64,000 bases of DNA, from the NCBI RefSeq assembly GCF_009914755.1, contig NC_060930.1. One strand, written 5' to 3'. This document shows, in pieces, positions 39,403-54,455 of this stretch. Under the pieces are notes generated by a model. That model saw only the letters and a program-made list of their open reading frames with translations. It was not told the DNA's origin and ran no database searches. Made by a program: the position numbers and the translations under genes. Position 1 is the stretch's first letter. Each line of letters begins with the position of its first letter. Source of the DNA: the human T2T-CHM13v2.0 reference genome, Homo sapiens.

Positions 39403-40606
39403 GTTAGTATACATATGTAAATTTCCCAGCTCTGTCTGCTGCAGAGCCTGCAAACAATGACACCGCAATAGCAGTGGGTAGACCTAGCACCGAATTTTAA
39501 CTTTCTAAACACCATTCCCCAATGAAAGGAACTAGGACTTTTTGAAGAAATGATTGAAGCCAGGACTGGGGCAGGGAACATACAAGATGAGCCTGGAATA
39601 TTATATGGTATCAGAAATCAAATAAGCATTCAAAAAAGATGAGGGCTTGATAAAAGAAAAAGGACCCAACCTGCTGGAGGAACTTGAGCAACAATATAAA
39701 TATGAATAGCATTTGATTATAATCCATAGACCAAACTTAAAATATATAATTAATAAATAAGAGAGAAGGGACAATTCTTCCTCAGAGTAGAATTTTAATG
39801 AAAAAAGATAGAAGCAAAGAGGAAACATAATAACTGTCACAGACAAGGTCGACTAAGGAGTGCTGAATTCAATGAGAAAAAGTTTAAGGAGAAACAGAAT
39901 TTGTATATTCTCAAAGGGTCTTCCCCAAGTTATTTATTAACTACATAGGGTAGAAGAGTACTTTTATAGTCGGAAAAAACAGTAGAAACTACCTTTGCCA
40001 AGTAATCAAAGTTAATGTTACCAATAATAAAACGTGAACATCATGGATCCCATGATATGATACACTGAGAAGGGCCCACACATCTCTGTGATATTCTTGC
40101 CAAAGATGCATGACTTTAGCTCAATGACTAGAAAATGCTGCCCAAATCCAAATTAGGAAAAAGTAAAAATGATTTGTGTATTTCAGCCATGCAATAAAAA
40201 ACCTGTTCAAATTTATTTAAATTAACTTCAATTTAAGTTAACTCCAAGTTAAGGAACACTTGAAACAACCAGTCAATGATCTTTAAAAGGGTGAAGGCTG
40301 TGGAAGAGGAGGAAGGATTGAGAAACTCTTACAGATTGCAGAAGACTAAGGGGAAGTAACAACCAATCCCAAGGTAACATCCTGGATAGCATCCTGGAAC
40401 TGAAAGGACAGTAGAAGAAAACTTAGTGAAATTCAAATATAGAAGTCAATTTAGTTAATAGTACCGTACCAGTGTTAATTTCTTGATTCTGATCATCATA
40501 CTATGGTTATGTACAATGATGGCATTAGTAGAAGCTCCATGAGGGAAACTGTATCATTTTTGCAACTTTTCTGTAAGTCTGAATTGAGTTCAAAATAAAA
40601 TTTAAA
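39403..40606 (+). mobile_element. L1MC4-like 3' UTR
   Basis: aatttcccagctctgtctgctgcagagcc...ccattccccaatgaaaggaactaggac...ccaggactggggcagggaacatacaagatgagcctgg...gcaacttttctgtaagtctgaa...tcaaaataaaa. Confidence 0.85.
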
Positions 40607-41410
40607 GATGACTAAACATACAAAGTAGATGAAAATAACACAGGTTGCTACTCAGTTGATTTAAAGTACACACAAGTGCATCACTAATGCTTGAGGGTGA
40701 AGTTCTCCTCTCTTCTCCTCCTTCTTGAATTCTCCCCTTCTTCCTTTCCTAGCTTTCTTCTTTCTTTCTTCCCCACTCTCTCTTTTATCTTTCCTTTTAT
40801 ACTGGATGAGGAAACACATCCCATAGCAGAACACTTGTACAACCTTGCTGTGGCTTCAGAGCATTTTCAAAGCATTTATAAGGACTCAAGAAACAATTCT
40901 CTGATTGAAATCCAACCAAGAAGTAATGTGTTTCCATTTGACAAATACAGTCTTTTTTCTCTGGGCCAGGTTTAGCTTCACTTCCCAGACTGTTTGCAGC
41001 AACTGTAATCAATAGCTATTTACTTCCACTAAGCTGAGGAAAGAACTTAAGAATTAAGTGTTGCAGTAGAGACAGGTTTTCAAGAAAAGAAGGAAAGAAT
41101 GCCAGTAAAATTTCTTTTCAGAAAGTGTTTTTGTCCCAATGTCTGCTTATGAAGAAATGAACCATTTGTAGTAGTTAACATAGATTTTTTGAAGGGAGGC
41201 ATAAAAATATATAATCTCTGAAATAAGTATCAATGACTGTTTTTGATTTATTTAACTTTTAAAATTTAAGATAAGATCCAAAATTCTTTCTGTGTGCGGG
41301 TCTATTTGTGATTGGTGGGAAATGGGGGCAGACGCTGAGATCAATTATCTGTCTATTCCTACTCCAGGTAAAGGTTTCCATCACCACCATCATCAATAAA
41401 AGAATTATGC

Positions 41411-41762
41411 GACGAGTACAGTGGCTCACACCTGTGATCCCAGCACTTTGGGAGGCAGAGGCAGGTGGATCACTTTAGCCCAGGGGTTCAAGACCAGCTT
41501 GGGCAACATGGCAAAACCCCCTCTCTACAAAAAGTACAAAAACAAACAAACAAGCAAAAAACCAACACACACACACCTACAAAAATTAAACGGGCATGGT
41601 GGTGGCACAAGCCTGTAGTCCTAGCTCCTTGGGAGGCTGACATGGGAGCATCACTTGAGGTGGGAGGTTGAGGCTTCAGTGAGCCAACATCACACCACTG
41701 CACTCTAGCCTGGGCCACAAAGAGGAATCATGTCTTGATATAAAAAAAAAAGAGAGAGAGAG
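41411..41762 (+). mobile_element. Alu (AluJ) with expanded middle linker and (GA)n tail
   Basis: gtggctcacacctgtgatcccagc...cactttagcccaggggttcaag...gttgaggcttcagtgagcc; TSD-like agaatt(a/c)tgc on both sides. Confidence 0.95.
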
Positions 41763-42734
41763 AATTCTGCATGTCTTTACTTCACTGCCCACACGGCTTG
41801 AGCCGCAGTCAAAGAAGCAGGACAATGTCATGGTCATTTAAAAAAAAGAGAGAGAGAGGACTGTTTTGTGTTCTGAAGGAAAAATAAAAGCTTTTGGCTA
41901 ATGGAATATTGAGTAAAAACTAGTTTATCATATTATATAATTACAGAGTAATGTTAGGCATCTTTTATGAAGGGAGCAGACTGGATAAAGGAATTAATGG
42001 GGAACAAATCAAAGGCCATGTGCCATGTAGTACGGGAAAAGCATTATGAGTCCTTCAGCAAGTTAACTTTTTCAAACTATTTCCTCTCTCTAAAGTTAGG
42101 AACTTTATATTGCTAAATTTTGTCCATACCTATAAATATGTGCAATTTCACTAAGTCTATTGAATTTGACTCCATGTTTAGTGATAATGTACTCATGCAT
42201 TCAATGCTTTCAAAAAGGACTTATGTCTATGATTCAGCTCATGTGTTTTTTTTTCTTTCTCTACTCATCATACTGTTGCTGAGAAATTCTGTTTCCAAAT
42301 ATATGTCTACAGGACATATATTATATATAGTACATTTACCTAAGAACTCTAAAGAGTACAAATTATCTATTCAGAGCCCTGTTTTTAAAGATGAGATTTC
42401 AGAGCTTACAGTGAGTTTTATCTGAGAAAAGAAAGGTTGCAGGAACATCTGATATCCATAGATAATTTCTAATCTGGCTTTGGATCCTATTATGTCCATG
42501 AAATGCATGCTAAATTCATTAATAATAACTTTATTTTGCAAGTCAATGAACACTTTCTCAGTTCTTATTTTAACAGATGTGGTTAAAACTGACCTCTGCT
42601 TGAAAATAATAATGCTAAGGAGGCCTAGCTGTCCTGCTCTTTGTCTTGTCATCAGTTTGATGACCTGATGCCCCCCATTGTCCAGGATTTGATGATTAGC
42701 CCATGTTTGCTTCTCACTGACTGCTCACTTCAAG

Positions 42735-43240
42735 ATTTATACCTGGGTTTTTTTAAATCAGATATGGTAAGGTAACAGACGTGGAGACAACTGCCTTTGA
42801 AAGAAGAATTTACTTCTTACATTTCACAAGAGAAGGGAGCATGCCAGGCCACAAAGGCCACATGGGGAAGGAAGCACCAGGTTTCATCAGGTGGCAGAAG
42901 CAAGAGGAAAAGGAAAGCCCAGGCTAAAGCATTTATTGGGTTCTCCATAGGAAAAGGCAAGACAGGGCAGGGGAATGGCTTTGGATAGGCAGTTTAAAAA
43001 ATTCTGGAGGGCCTTAAGGCATAGGGGCTGTCTCTAGTCTTTGGGCACAAGTCCTTGGGTTGATTTAGGGCAAGGGAAATAAATATTGGCTTGGTATGTG
43101 AGACTTAGGTAAAGAAGTGTTTCAGCATACGGGCTCTGGATCCCAGGAGTTGTAAACAACTTCATCCATTTGGCTCTCTTTGGCTCTATAGTTAACGGAT
43201 GCCAAATAGATAAACACAGAGTCTAAGAAAACACAATTAG
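42735..43240 (-). mobile_element. ERVL-class solo LTR (MER54/MER74/LTR53 group)
   Basis: cagatatggtaaggtaacagacgtggagacaactgcc...ggccacatggggaaggaagcaccagg...catttattggg...ggcataggggctgtctctagtc; subfamily uncertain. Confidence 0.7.
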
Positions 43241-43269
43241 AGTTTACTGTGAATTTTTAGATTTTTAAC

Positions 43270-44285
43270 AATACTTACATCCATCACTTAAATCTAGACC
43301 TGCAGATTCTGCGAGCTTCATATATATCTATTAGAAATCTCCTCATGAATGTGAATGCACATCACAATGTGCAGATATTCAAAACTGAAGTTATTATCCA
43401 TGCCCTGCAGAGCTGAGCTTTGTCCTCTATTTCCTACTTTGGTTGTCACCATTATTATACATCCAATCACCCAAGTCATAAATCTGAAAGACAGTGTTGC
43501 CTTTTCAATCTTCCTTACATGCAATGAGCAATCATCAGTCCCTTCTGTCCTTATCTCTTACATATTCTTTGAATCTGTATGTTGTTACAAGTTCATAATC
43601 CCTTAATCCATCGGTACAACTATCAATGTATATATAACCTCGTTAAAAGTCTCTCTACTTTTGGTTCTACAAGATATGGACTTAATTACTCCCTTAATTA
43701 CTCCCATTTTTAGTGGCTCCTCATAGTCCCTGTGGCAAAGTCCAAGCTGCCAGCACAACACTCATAGCTTTTGGTGGTAACACATGCAATTATTTTTCCC
43801 AGTTTTATTTTCAACTAACTTTTCCATCACACTTTATGCTCCACAGTAAAATACTTGTGTTTTCTTTTCTAAAAAAAAACAAAAACAAAACAAAACAAAA
43901 CAAAAATGTGTTATTTTATCTCTTTGCTAGTATACATTCTGGCCCTCTCATTTGAAATGTCTTCTACTCACACCCATCCGTTTGGCAAGTCCTTTTTGTT
44001 TCAACATCCTGCAGAATTGGCTCAGGTCTTAGTTCCTTTTGAGAACCTTCTTTAATCCATCCTTTTCCTTTGTACTACTTCATTTCTTTGTGCTTTTCAT
44101 TGCATTTCTCCTAATGGATGGTAAAGATTCCTATACCTCTTCTTCTTTCTCTTCTGGCCCCTTACCTAAAGTTTCATGAGGGCAGGACTATGTTGCACAT
44201 CTGTGTCTTAATAGCTCCTATCCACAGTCTAATACCCTAGCAGGCAGTCAAGAAATGTTCATTGCACTAAAATCAACTGAATTTA
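43270..44285 (+). mobile_element. L2 (L2c-like) fragments
   Basis: attcaaaactgaagttattatc...catccaatcacccaagtcataaatctg...aagtttcatgagggcaggactatg...ctagcaggcagtcaagaaatgttcattg. Confidence 0.7.
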
Positions 44286-44502
44286 AAAAATTTCAGAACA
44301 CTTATCTGACTGGGGAACCACAATAAAAGTTATGAAGCAATTTGTTCCTCATAGGGGAGCATGTTTTCCTGAGAAGTCCAAATATTTTTTTTCTATAACA
44401 TGTTGTGTTTTTTCTTTCTTTTTTGATTCTACTGTTAGGCAGCTGTGGGACAATGTACAATTTCTTCCCAGCAATGAAAGCTTTGTTTAATATATGCAGT
44501 AC

Positions 44503-44583
44503 CTTTTGTGCCTCACTAATAGTCCCCAAGGATCTCCCTCTTAAAGAATATATGGAGAGTGAAAGAAATGCTAAGAGAACAGT
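44503..44583 (-). other. Candidate exon (81 nt, phase 0-0)
   Basis: Acceptor ttcttgtttgcattatttgcatag|ACT, donor AAG|GTACTG; open as TVLLAFLSLSIYSLRGRSLGTISEAQK. Confidence 0.33.
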
Positions 44584-46729
44584 CTATGCAAATAATGCAA
44601 ACAAGAATTGAAGAACAGAGTGTCACAACAGACTCTAAACTCTCCTCAAAACATGATTTCCATAATTTCAGAATGCCCCTTAATTGTGCTCTGGAGAGGC
44701 CAACTTATAAATAATATTAATACCTTTTTATAAAAGAATGCCCCTTAGCAAAAAAAAGTCTATATGAAGAGTAAGTTGGTTTGAAATGTTTGAATAAAAA
44801 TCCCACAATAATGTATTCATTTATTTATTAAATACATTTAGTAATGAATTTTAAACTCTAGGCATCAGTTTCTAGGTATTTACTATTTGGGAGTGTAACT
44901 AGATTTTCATTTTATCCTGAGCTATATTACCAGGTAGACAAATCCAATATTCTCATAAATTCCTTGACCCTGTATTCCAGATCTTGCCTTTCTTATTCAC
45001 TCTTTAGTTATTCTGTCATCCTCCTGAGTCATATATGTCTAAAATGACTCACTATAGGTAACAATGTGTTTTTATAAATGTATGTAAGACAAAATCAAGA
45101 TGTATAAGTTAATATTTGATGATAAAAATATAATTGAACAGTCTTAATATTAAGAGCTTCTAAATATTATACAGAGAACACAGTAGGAAATGTTTCCTGG
45201 ATTCTTAATTTTACTAAGTATTGAAAATAACAGAATCAGAGTTCAGCATTTATGCTATAAAAAGGAATATAGAAAAAAGATTTCTAATATTGATTTAAAG
45301 ATCTCTTCCCTGTATATCACACCATTTTGATTCTGGAATAAGTTGGTCTTCTTATGCTAATTAAAGTCCTATTTTTAAAATATATCAATTTTATTAAAAA
45401 TCAAACTAACCGTTAAATGTTTTTTAAACTCATAATAGATTTCATGAGAGTAAGAAAATTACATGCTCACTGAAATAGCTATAAAAGCTATATTACAATT
45501 TGCCTTCATTCAACAAATTTAGAAAAAAAGTACCTGCATATTAGTAATAACAAATCAAAATCAACAAATAAGTTTATCCTTACATACTAATTTCTGTAAT
45601 TTATTAATTAAAAGACTGGTGAGTATAGGTGAGAACTTGGAAAATATGTAATTCATGACTCCCTTCCCCCTCCTTGCCTTTTATTTTCCAGATGAGCAAA
45701 CTGAAGTATCTTCGTCCAGTAGTTAGAATTGTATAGTAAATGTATGAGCCCTTTTGCAAAGACATAAAAGATATACATAATATCATTTATGTAATATTCT
45801 TGTAAAATATTTACCTTTAATCTTATAAACAATCAGACCCATTCAGGATGTGGATTTCTACGATAGATAAATACCTAGTAATATGAATAGTAGTTTTAAA
45901 ATATTTTTATTTATTGACCAATTAATTTGAAGTCTAGGCTTAAATAATTAGTGGGGACACAGATTTAAACATTATGCTAACCACCACACTGTTATTATTA
46001 ATAATAAAAGATTTAAAATCTAATTATGAAATCATATTGAAATCAATATTTATCCTGCATTGATTGAAGAGCATGCAGCTATTCTGAAAAATATATTTTC
46101 GGTGAATATTTAATTAGATAAGAACAGAAAAACATTCTTTGTATAATATTATGTGAATAAACCAGCATATACAGTATATATACATCATACATCTGAATGT
46201 GTGTATGCAAGAAGTAAAATGTTACAAAAAATGGAGCAAAATAAAAATAGTTATATCTCAATGGTGGAAATACTTCCTCTGTTACTTTCTGAAATTTTCT
46301 AAATTTTATTTTATATGTTCATATAACCTGTGCAAGCTGGATTATATTTAAAGAGAAAATTTTAGCAGTAATATTTTCAATCAACCAGTGTACTCATTGT
46401 AAATAAAGAATTCTGTGTATTGACATAATTAATATTTTCTAGAATAATCTCTGCTTCTATTATGAATTTTGTATAATATTTGGTGTTCTTGATTATAATG
46501 GTGGTATTCATACTCTTAAATGTTCTGTAACCCAGGCCATTTTTTTATTTCAACTGAACTTACTACCCATTGGTAATATTGCATGGTGCCACATATCTAT
46601 ATCTTGAAGCCCATTTTATGCCACAAATAGATTCAACAATATAAATACGTAAGTGACAGCTAAGAAGAGTATTACAAAACATAGTACAGTGACAAATAAG
46701 AAAAATTAGGGCCCAGAAACAACAAACAG

Positions 46730-47735
<1,006 letters not shown>

Positions 47736-48199
47736 AAAGAGGGAGTCTACAAAAACAAACAAACAAAAAGAATCTGAGTAGCTAAGCTAGCAAACACCAA
47801 GCGTAGTACTGGTATCTAGTCACGTACTTTAAAGTATGTCTATTTTTTTCCTGACATATTAAAACCCTAGTTAGCAAAGCAGTAAAATTTTATAATAAGT
47901 AAGACAAAGTACAGTCTAGGTACCATTATTCATTTGAAAAAATAGTATTGATTAAAGGAACTGAAAGTATCTAAGGATATCAGGCTTTAAAATAATATTA
48001 AGAAATTTCATGGCTGAGAGGTAAAATTTAGGTGTTTGTCTTTTACAACTCTTTTACCATAGTATTCAAGAGTTCAGAATCTACTATATAGATTATTTTT
48101 ATGTTCAAAAGAAGTATACAAAAGAATAATGTTGAAAAATTCTAATTTCTTTATTAAAGTGTTTTAAGTGAGTGCATTATTTTTTCCAGCACAAGACCT

Positions 48200-48400
48200 C
48201 CCAGAATAGTGGAAAGGGTCTATATGAACTCATGAGGAAAATAGACCTGCCTTTAAATTTCATGCAACTCTTTACTAAAAAATGAACTTAGGCATGTGGC
48301 TTATCTTCTCTGAGTCTGAAATTTTCTAATTGTAAAATGGGGGTGACAAAATAGGCTTACTAGTATCATTAGAAGTATTCAAGGCACATTTAAATTACAC
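48200..48400 (+). mobile_element. MIR
   Basis: atagacctgcctttaaattt...tttactaaaaaatgaacttaggcatgtggcttatcttctctgagtctgaaattttctaattgtaaaatggggg. Confidence 0.65.
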
Positions 48401-49421
48401 AATGCTAATCACATTAAAGATAGCTATATTTGTAAACATTCTTTAATTTAACTAATAACTAAAGACTATCTCAGAATCATCCAGAGAATGGTAATAACCA
48501 TACATTTGAATATTGGGAGAACCTTGGCATAGAGAATCCACTATCCAAAGGAGATCCCAACCAATATGAATACTGAATGAATTTTCCTGTGAGTAGTGTA
48601 ACAAGACACCCAATTAGTACAGTTAGAAGATAATGCATATTTTTCAGTGGAAAATGTAATTTAAAAAATAACTTCCAGAGTAAACAAAAAGATGTTTATG
48701 TTTTTGTTGCCCATCTTAGCAACGTTCCATTCCATTGAATAGGGAGAACTGTATTGATTGCATGTTAGATGTTGTATATCTTACTTGGAAAAAGCTGTAC
48801 ATGGAAAATAACTCAAATTCTATTTGAAAAAATATACTGCACATAAGCCTGTACAAAATACTTCCCAAATGGTTATTTTTGTATGCAATTTAGAAGGCAA
48901 CTTGGTAAAGTGGAAACATCTGTGGAATGGGAACTAGGAAACTTGAGTTTTGAGCTGACACAAGTGAAATCTCAAGAAGTTAATTTAATCTCTCTCTCTA
49001 AACCTCAGTTCTTTATGGGTAAAATAAAAGCTTGAACAAAATAATTTCTAAGTTTCTTTCCCGAGGGAATGAACACTTATCTTATCCTATCTATTTATAC
49101 TAAAATCAACTCTGATCTCAATTTAGTCTCAGATTGACTCTCTTATCTCTATTTCTGATATATTTTGAAGATGAGTGACACTATAATTTTTAAAAAGTAG
49201 TGGCAAGAAAATTGGTTACGGAATACTTCTCCCTTAATATATAATTAAATGACTCAAAATGTATTTAACTACAACAACAAAGGAAAAAAACACCAGGAAA
49301 TTTCCAGCTCACTTAATGGGAAAATAGTTTATAATCTCATAAACTGTAATGATGTTGTCCATGGCTAGAAAGATGTGTTTGTGGCCAAACACTTGGCCTC
49401 TCAATCTTGCCTCTACCTCAC

Positions 49422-49488
49422 CTTTACTCCCAGAAGAGGTGCATTGAAAAAATGTACATGAACAATATCTTGAGAGTTCATAAATACC
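49422..49488 (-). other. Candidate exon (67 nt) of the minus-strand transcript
   Basis: Acceptor cctgtcttccatttgcag|G and donor AAG|GTGAGG; two open frames, GIYELSRYCSCTFFQCTSSGSK or VFMNSQDIVHVHFFNAPLLGVK. Confidence 0.45.
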
Positions 49489-50224
49489 CTGCAAATGGAA
49501 GACAGGTTGTCTGAGGCAGTGTGACTATAACAGCTTTTGATGTGATTGTAGTAAAACTGCTTATCTTAGAAGTCCATCGACCCACTCTAGGACTTTAGGA
49601 AAGACAAAGGCTTTGGGGGCCTTCTGGAGCACAGTGCTGGCCAGGGGATGAAGTTGAAGTACAAAGAACTTTATGGGTAGAGTGGGTAGTGATGTTGTTC
49701 ACTTAAAATGTACCTCAGAAGGGAGAAAGTATTTCAAGTCTCCCATCAAGGGCTCTTCACATAGATTAAAGGTAACTCAAGGAAAAGTAATTCCCATCTT
49801 TAGAACTATAGTTTAAAGAGAAAAATGGAACATTTCAGCTAAGGATAAATTGACATGAATAAGGGTTATCCACACAATATCAGAACAATTAACTCTGCTC
49901 ATATTAAGCATGGGGGTACTGAGAAAAATGTTACGTTCATTATAAAAATATAGTATTTTGAAGTAGTTATAATGAATATAATAATGATTAAAATAACATA
50001 GCATACTACAAAGTTGAAAGAATGCTATCTGGAAACAAATTAAAGAAACAAACAGAAGACAAATACCCAGCAATATTTTATGCTATTGAAGAACTTAATA
50101 AGAATGTAAAGTCAACAAAAGTAAATTTCAACAATGTAATGGTAAAATTGCATAACAGGATTTTTTAAGGTAGCAAATAGGGAAGTAGAACAAAATCCTA
50201 GAGCAAGAATGTTATTGTAGTTAC

Positions 50225-50400
50225 TAGCACATGCTGAGGAGTGACACTTCCTGCATTCTAAACCTAACTCTTCCCCTTACTGTGTCACCCTGAGCAAACT
50301 ACATAACCTCTGTGTGCCTTAGTCTTTCACCTATATGATGTGAATAAAAGTGCTATCTTCTGCAATTTGGCTTCTTGTGTTAAATAATAGGGTTACTGTT
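50225..50400 (+). mobile_element. MIR
   Basis: ccccttactgtgtcaccctgagcaaactacataacctctgtgtgccttagtctttcacctata. Confidence 0.7.
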
Positions 50401-50979
50401 TAAAAAAATTACAAAAAAAAGGGCTAAAACAGATTCAGTTAAAAATTGATATAGTAGAAATATAAAAAGGCTAAAGATAATTGCAGCTAATTTGAAGAGA
50501 AGGGGTAATTAGTAAGCTAATATAAAATGACAGACTTTAAGCTTAAGATGTTAGATTAATATAAACAAATAAGTTCACTCTATTCTAAAAACCCACTACA
50601 ACAATAATAAAGATTTTTTTCTTTACATAAACATGTAAGAATAATAAGAACACAAGAAGTGGAATAGTGATAACTATTGAAACTGGATCATATTAAAAAG
50701 TCTAATCTATACCCTAAAATCCTCCAAATATGCAGGAACCTAGAGGGCTCGACTGTATACCATTATCCCAGTATCAGACACACTTTCTAGGCGGGATACC
50801 AGCAAGGTACTGTTTAAGGAATCCAATTAACCCTGTAAAAAAGATCTATAGTTTCTCCCATCAGGCTTACCAAAAGTACCCTAATAAATTACTCTATAAC
50901 AAAGCTCAAGGTTTACAAACTCCACTATGCATGTGATATTTTTAATTAGCATTTTAATCCCCCTCACACACATACACAT

Positions 50980-51690
50980 CTTAATTGTAAGCTGAGAATT
51001 TCTAGACTTGTGATTAAACTTCTCATATAGAATACAGAGACCCAAATAAGCAAATAGGAAAAAAGTGACTTTCAGAAAGAAGACAGACATAATACAGAGG
51101 GAAGACAACTTTAAAAAAAAAAAAAACAAAAAAACCTCTACTTACATCATTCAAGAAATAGAAAAAGCAATTGTATTCATGAAACAAGAACAGGATGAAT
51201 CAAAATAGGAATACTAAGAAGTCAATAAAGAACTTTAGAAATTAAAACATGACAGTGGTCATTTTAAAAATCCCCTTTAATCATGGAAGGAGTGGTAAGC
51301 TTGATTGAAGAGCTTTCCTAAAATACAGCAAAAAGAAGGGAAGTGCAAAGGTAAGAAAAGTGGATAACTACTCCAGTAGGTCCAATGTTTGAAATGTAGG
51401 TAACATTTCCTTAAAAGGGAACAACAGAAAAAGAAGGAAAACTCAAGATTTTTTTTTTCACCAATAGCACACGATTGTGAAATTTCAGATGCTAGAAATA
51501 TGGGAAATAGATTTCACAAAATTTTAAAAAGTAAGTCAGGTACTAATGACCAAGAATCAGAATGACTGGATTTTATTATCACAACTGAAACAAAAAGAAA
51601 ATGATAAATGCCTGGAGGAATTTCTCAGAAAGTTACTGGATGACATCCTCTATCAAAATGAGGGAGCAAACCCAAAACCAGTACAAAATG

Positions 51691-51724
<34 letters not shown>

Positions 51725-51800
51725 AAAAAGAGATCCAAACAAGATAAAAAGGAAGGGCATATCCAGACAGTAGCGAAGGGTAAGCCTAAGGCGACCACAT
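50980..51800 (+). mobile_element. HAL1/L1ME-like ancient LINE remnants
   Basis: acatcattcaagaaatagaaaaagcaattgtattcatgaaacaagaacaggatg...aagaactttagaaattaaaacatga...aagaatcagaatgactggattt...gaaagttactggatgacatcc. Confidence 0.5.
51692..51723. repeat. (AAC)10 microsatellite
   Basis: Perfect AAC run; source of the poly-T/L/V tracts in the ORF track. Confidence 0.95.
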
Positions 51801-53247
51801 GGTGCCCTAGGTACAGAGGAAGCCATTTGAAATTGGAGCAGTGTGACCCAAAAGATAGGCATGGTGATGCCTTCACTTTTTATATACTTTTTAAGTACTG
51901 CAGAATAGGCTTGGCCTAAATATAGGAATACATCAATAAAAACAATGCCATGAGAGTCATTAATTAGGGACCCAGCACAGAAGAATTGCAAAGGATGCCA
52001 GCAAAAGAAGTCTTGCGGTGATGCTGAACAGTGGTCCTGTAGAGCAACTGGCCCAAAGAGAAGGATAATTGATGCTTTCAGGAACGATATTTTCAAAAGA
52101 TATACGATATTATAGTTTAGCTCACATGACTAATATTGTAGTAAATAATATGGAGAGGCTAAGCTGTGAGAAAATATACAGCAACACTTGATATTGGAAG
52201 ACAATGATGTAGTGTCTACCAATAAATTGATCCAAGAATACTATTTCACTTTAAGTATAGAAAGGCAATAAACAATTGTTCTCAAATAAGAAAAATCTCA
52301 GGGAATAGAGTATATGTAAGCCCTTTGCAGACAGGTGGGAGGAGGAGATAATGACATTCACTTCAGTAAAAGCTAAATAAAAAATGAGAACATAAGAATT
52401 GAGAACCTGATAGAAGAACATTAATTATTTTAACTATATAAGTACTAAACACTTACAGAAATTATGATTATAGAACACAGTGTAAATATTTTGAATACAA
52501 ATTAAAAAACCAATTAAAAATACTATAAGAGCACTGATGTCCTCATCTTTTAAATATCCTTTAATTTCTACTAATTGGAGTTGAATAATGTAGTTTAAAA
52601 ATATAACCTGATTTCAATTTCTTCATGTTTTTCATGTATTCTAAGTTCAGGAAGATTTTATAGAAATAGCACCTCTGTGGCAAAAGAAAATTATCTGGAA
52701 GTTGAAGATTTCAGCCCTCTTACTATGACTGTTTTTTTCTTTTCTAAATGCAATCAAACTTAATATGCTAATTCTATTTTGTAAAAGCATGTATAGTACC
52801 ATTTGCTTGTATCAAGTTACTTATATTTATCCAACCACCCATCTATTTAGGTAGCAAAGCACTCTCTCAGAACTCATGTATTAACAGTGGTTACTTCCAA
52901 AAATCCGTGGTAATTTATTACTTTTTTTTGTATTTGTATATATTGCTTGCCTATGTAGGTATCTTGTGTCATTGTCATAGAAAACAAGGCACTATGTTTA
53001 AATTTTATTTAAAAAGTCTCTGCATGCAGAATGCAGTGTAGAAAGTAAGCTCTTAGATAGAGCTTCAAGAATGCAAAAAATTCTTATCGCCTCCATTCTT
53101 CGGAAGAGTCGCACAAGGTGTGCAATGCATGGCAAGGGGAGGACAGCACTGTACAGAGTTTCTGTGAAACCGAGCACTTTGAGAACGTAGTCCCTGCAAT
53201 GAGGTAGGACTGGAGAACAAGTTTACAGCATCGGTTAGAATGTTAGC

Positions 53248-53537
<290 letters not shown>

Positions 53538-54234
53538 TAATAGGTCCCCACTGACATCAGGAGCTGTCAACATAAAACCTATTCACTAGTGAGAGAGAAT
53601 ATTTTTGACCTTCTCTCTAGAGAATGAAATGTTTCTGGAATGGCAAAAGGGCATCTATTCTTACAGAGATCCTGTCAATTAGAGTCTTCCTCTGACAGTA
53701 CTCAGAGTATGTGAAATTCAAGAAAGTTCCTTTCTTTATCCTAAGTGTGTCCATATGGTGAGGTCACATCAGCCACACAGACAAGAAACACAGCTCCTCA
53801 TTTCCATATGTTCTTTCAGGGAGACAGAAAGTTGACCAACAACCACTGAAATCCCTACGTGTTGTTACTGTGAACAAATTGCACTTGAGTTGATAATTAA
53901 TGAGAGAAGTTGGACAGACTTGCACATCCCTAAGCAGAAATGCATAGGTGTGTCTGACACGCATTATCAATGCATTGTTCATATAATTGAGGTATTATGT
54001 TTTAGTTTATTTGCCTTGCCCAGTGACTGTTGTATACGACTAACCTCTACACTTCCCTTCATCATTCTACTCTTCCAATGTAAAATACACTCCTCTGCTC
54101 TGCTGCCTATCTAAAATCCTTCCCACCACCAAGGCTCTGCTGAAGTCCTGTGCACTGATGCAGTTTCTCCAACTCCAGCTTGGACTCATACCTCCCCGTC
54201 TCTGACCCTACCGTTACATCAGCCATCCGGAAAC

Positions 54235-54455
54235 AATAGGGCTAAGTATTTGGGCTCCACAGTAAGATGGCTTGGATTTTAATCTCAGCACCATGATTTA
54301 CTAGCTTTGTGACCTTCGTCAAGTTATGTGAGGTGTTTGTGTTTGTTCTCTCATCTGTAACATGTAACTAATAATGTAATTGCCACTCTAAATTGTCATG
54401 ATTAAATGAGATTATACCTTGCCACTCCAATTGTCACGATTAAATGAGGTTACCG
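54235..54455 (+). mobile_element. MIR with ~35-bp internal tandem duplication (54380-54452)
   Basis: ttggattttaatctcagcaccatgatttactagctttgtgaccttcgtcaagtta...ctcatctgtaa; ttgccactc(t/c)aa(a)ttgtca(t/c)gattaaatgag x2. Confidence 0.75.

Noticed and set aside
45040-45058. taaaatGACTCACTATAGG resembles the T7 promoter
   Set aside because: Only the 13-nt 3' part matches, TAATAC is absent, and there is no vector sequence nearby; treated as coincidence.
51653-52096. 147-aa ORF with a poly-Val hydrophobic tail as a membrane protein
   Set aside because: The hydrophobic run is the antisense of the (AAC)10 microsatellite within ancient LINE remnants.
53100-53195. Minus-strand frame starting DYVLKV resembles a PI3K Ras-binding-domain motif
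   Set aside because: Similarity ends after six residues and no donor site closes the exon.
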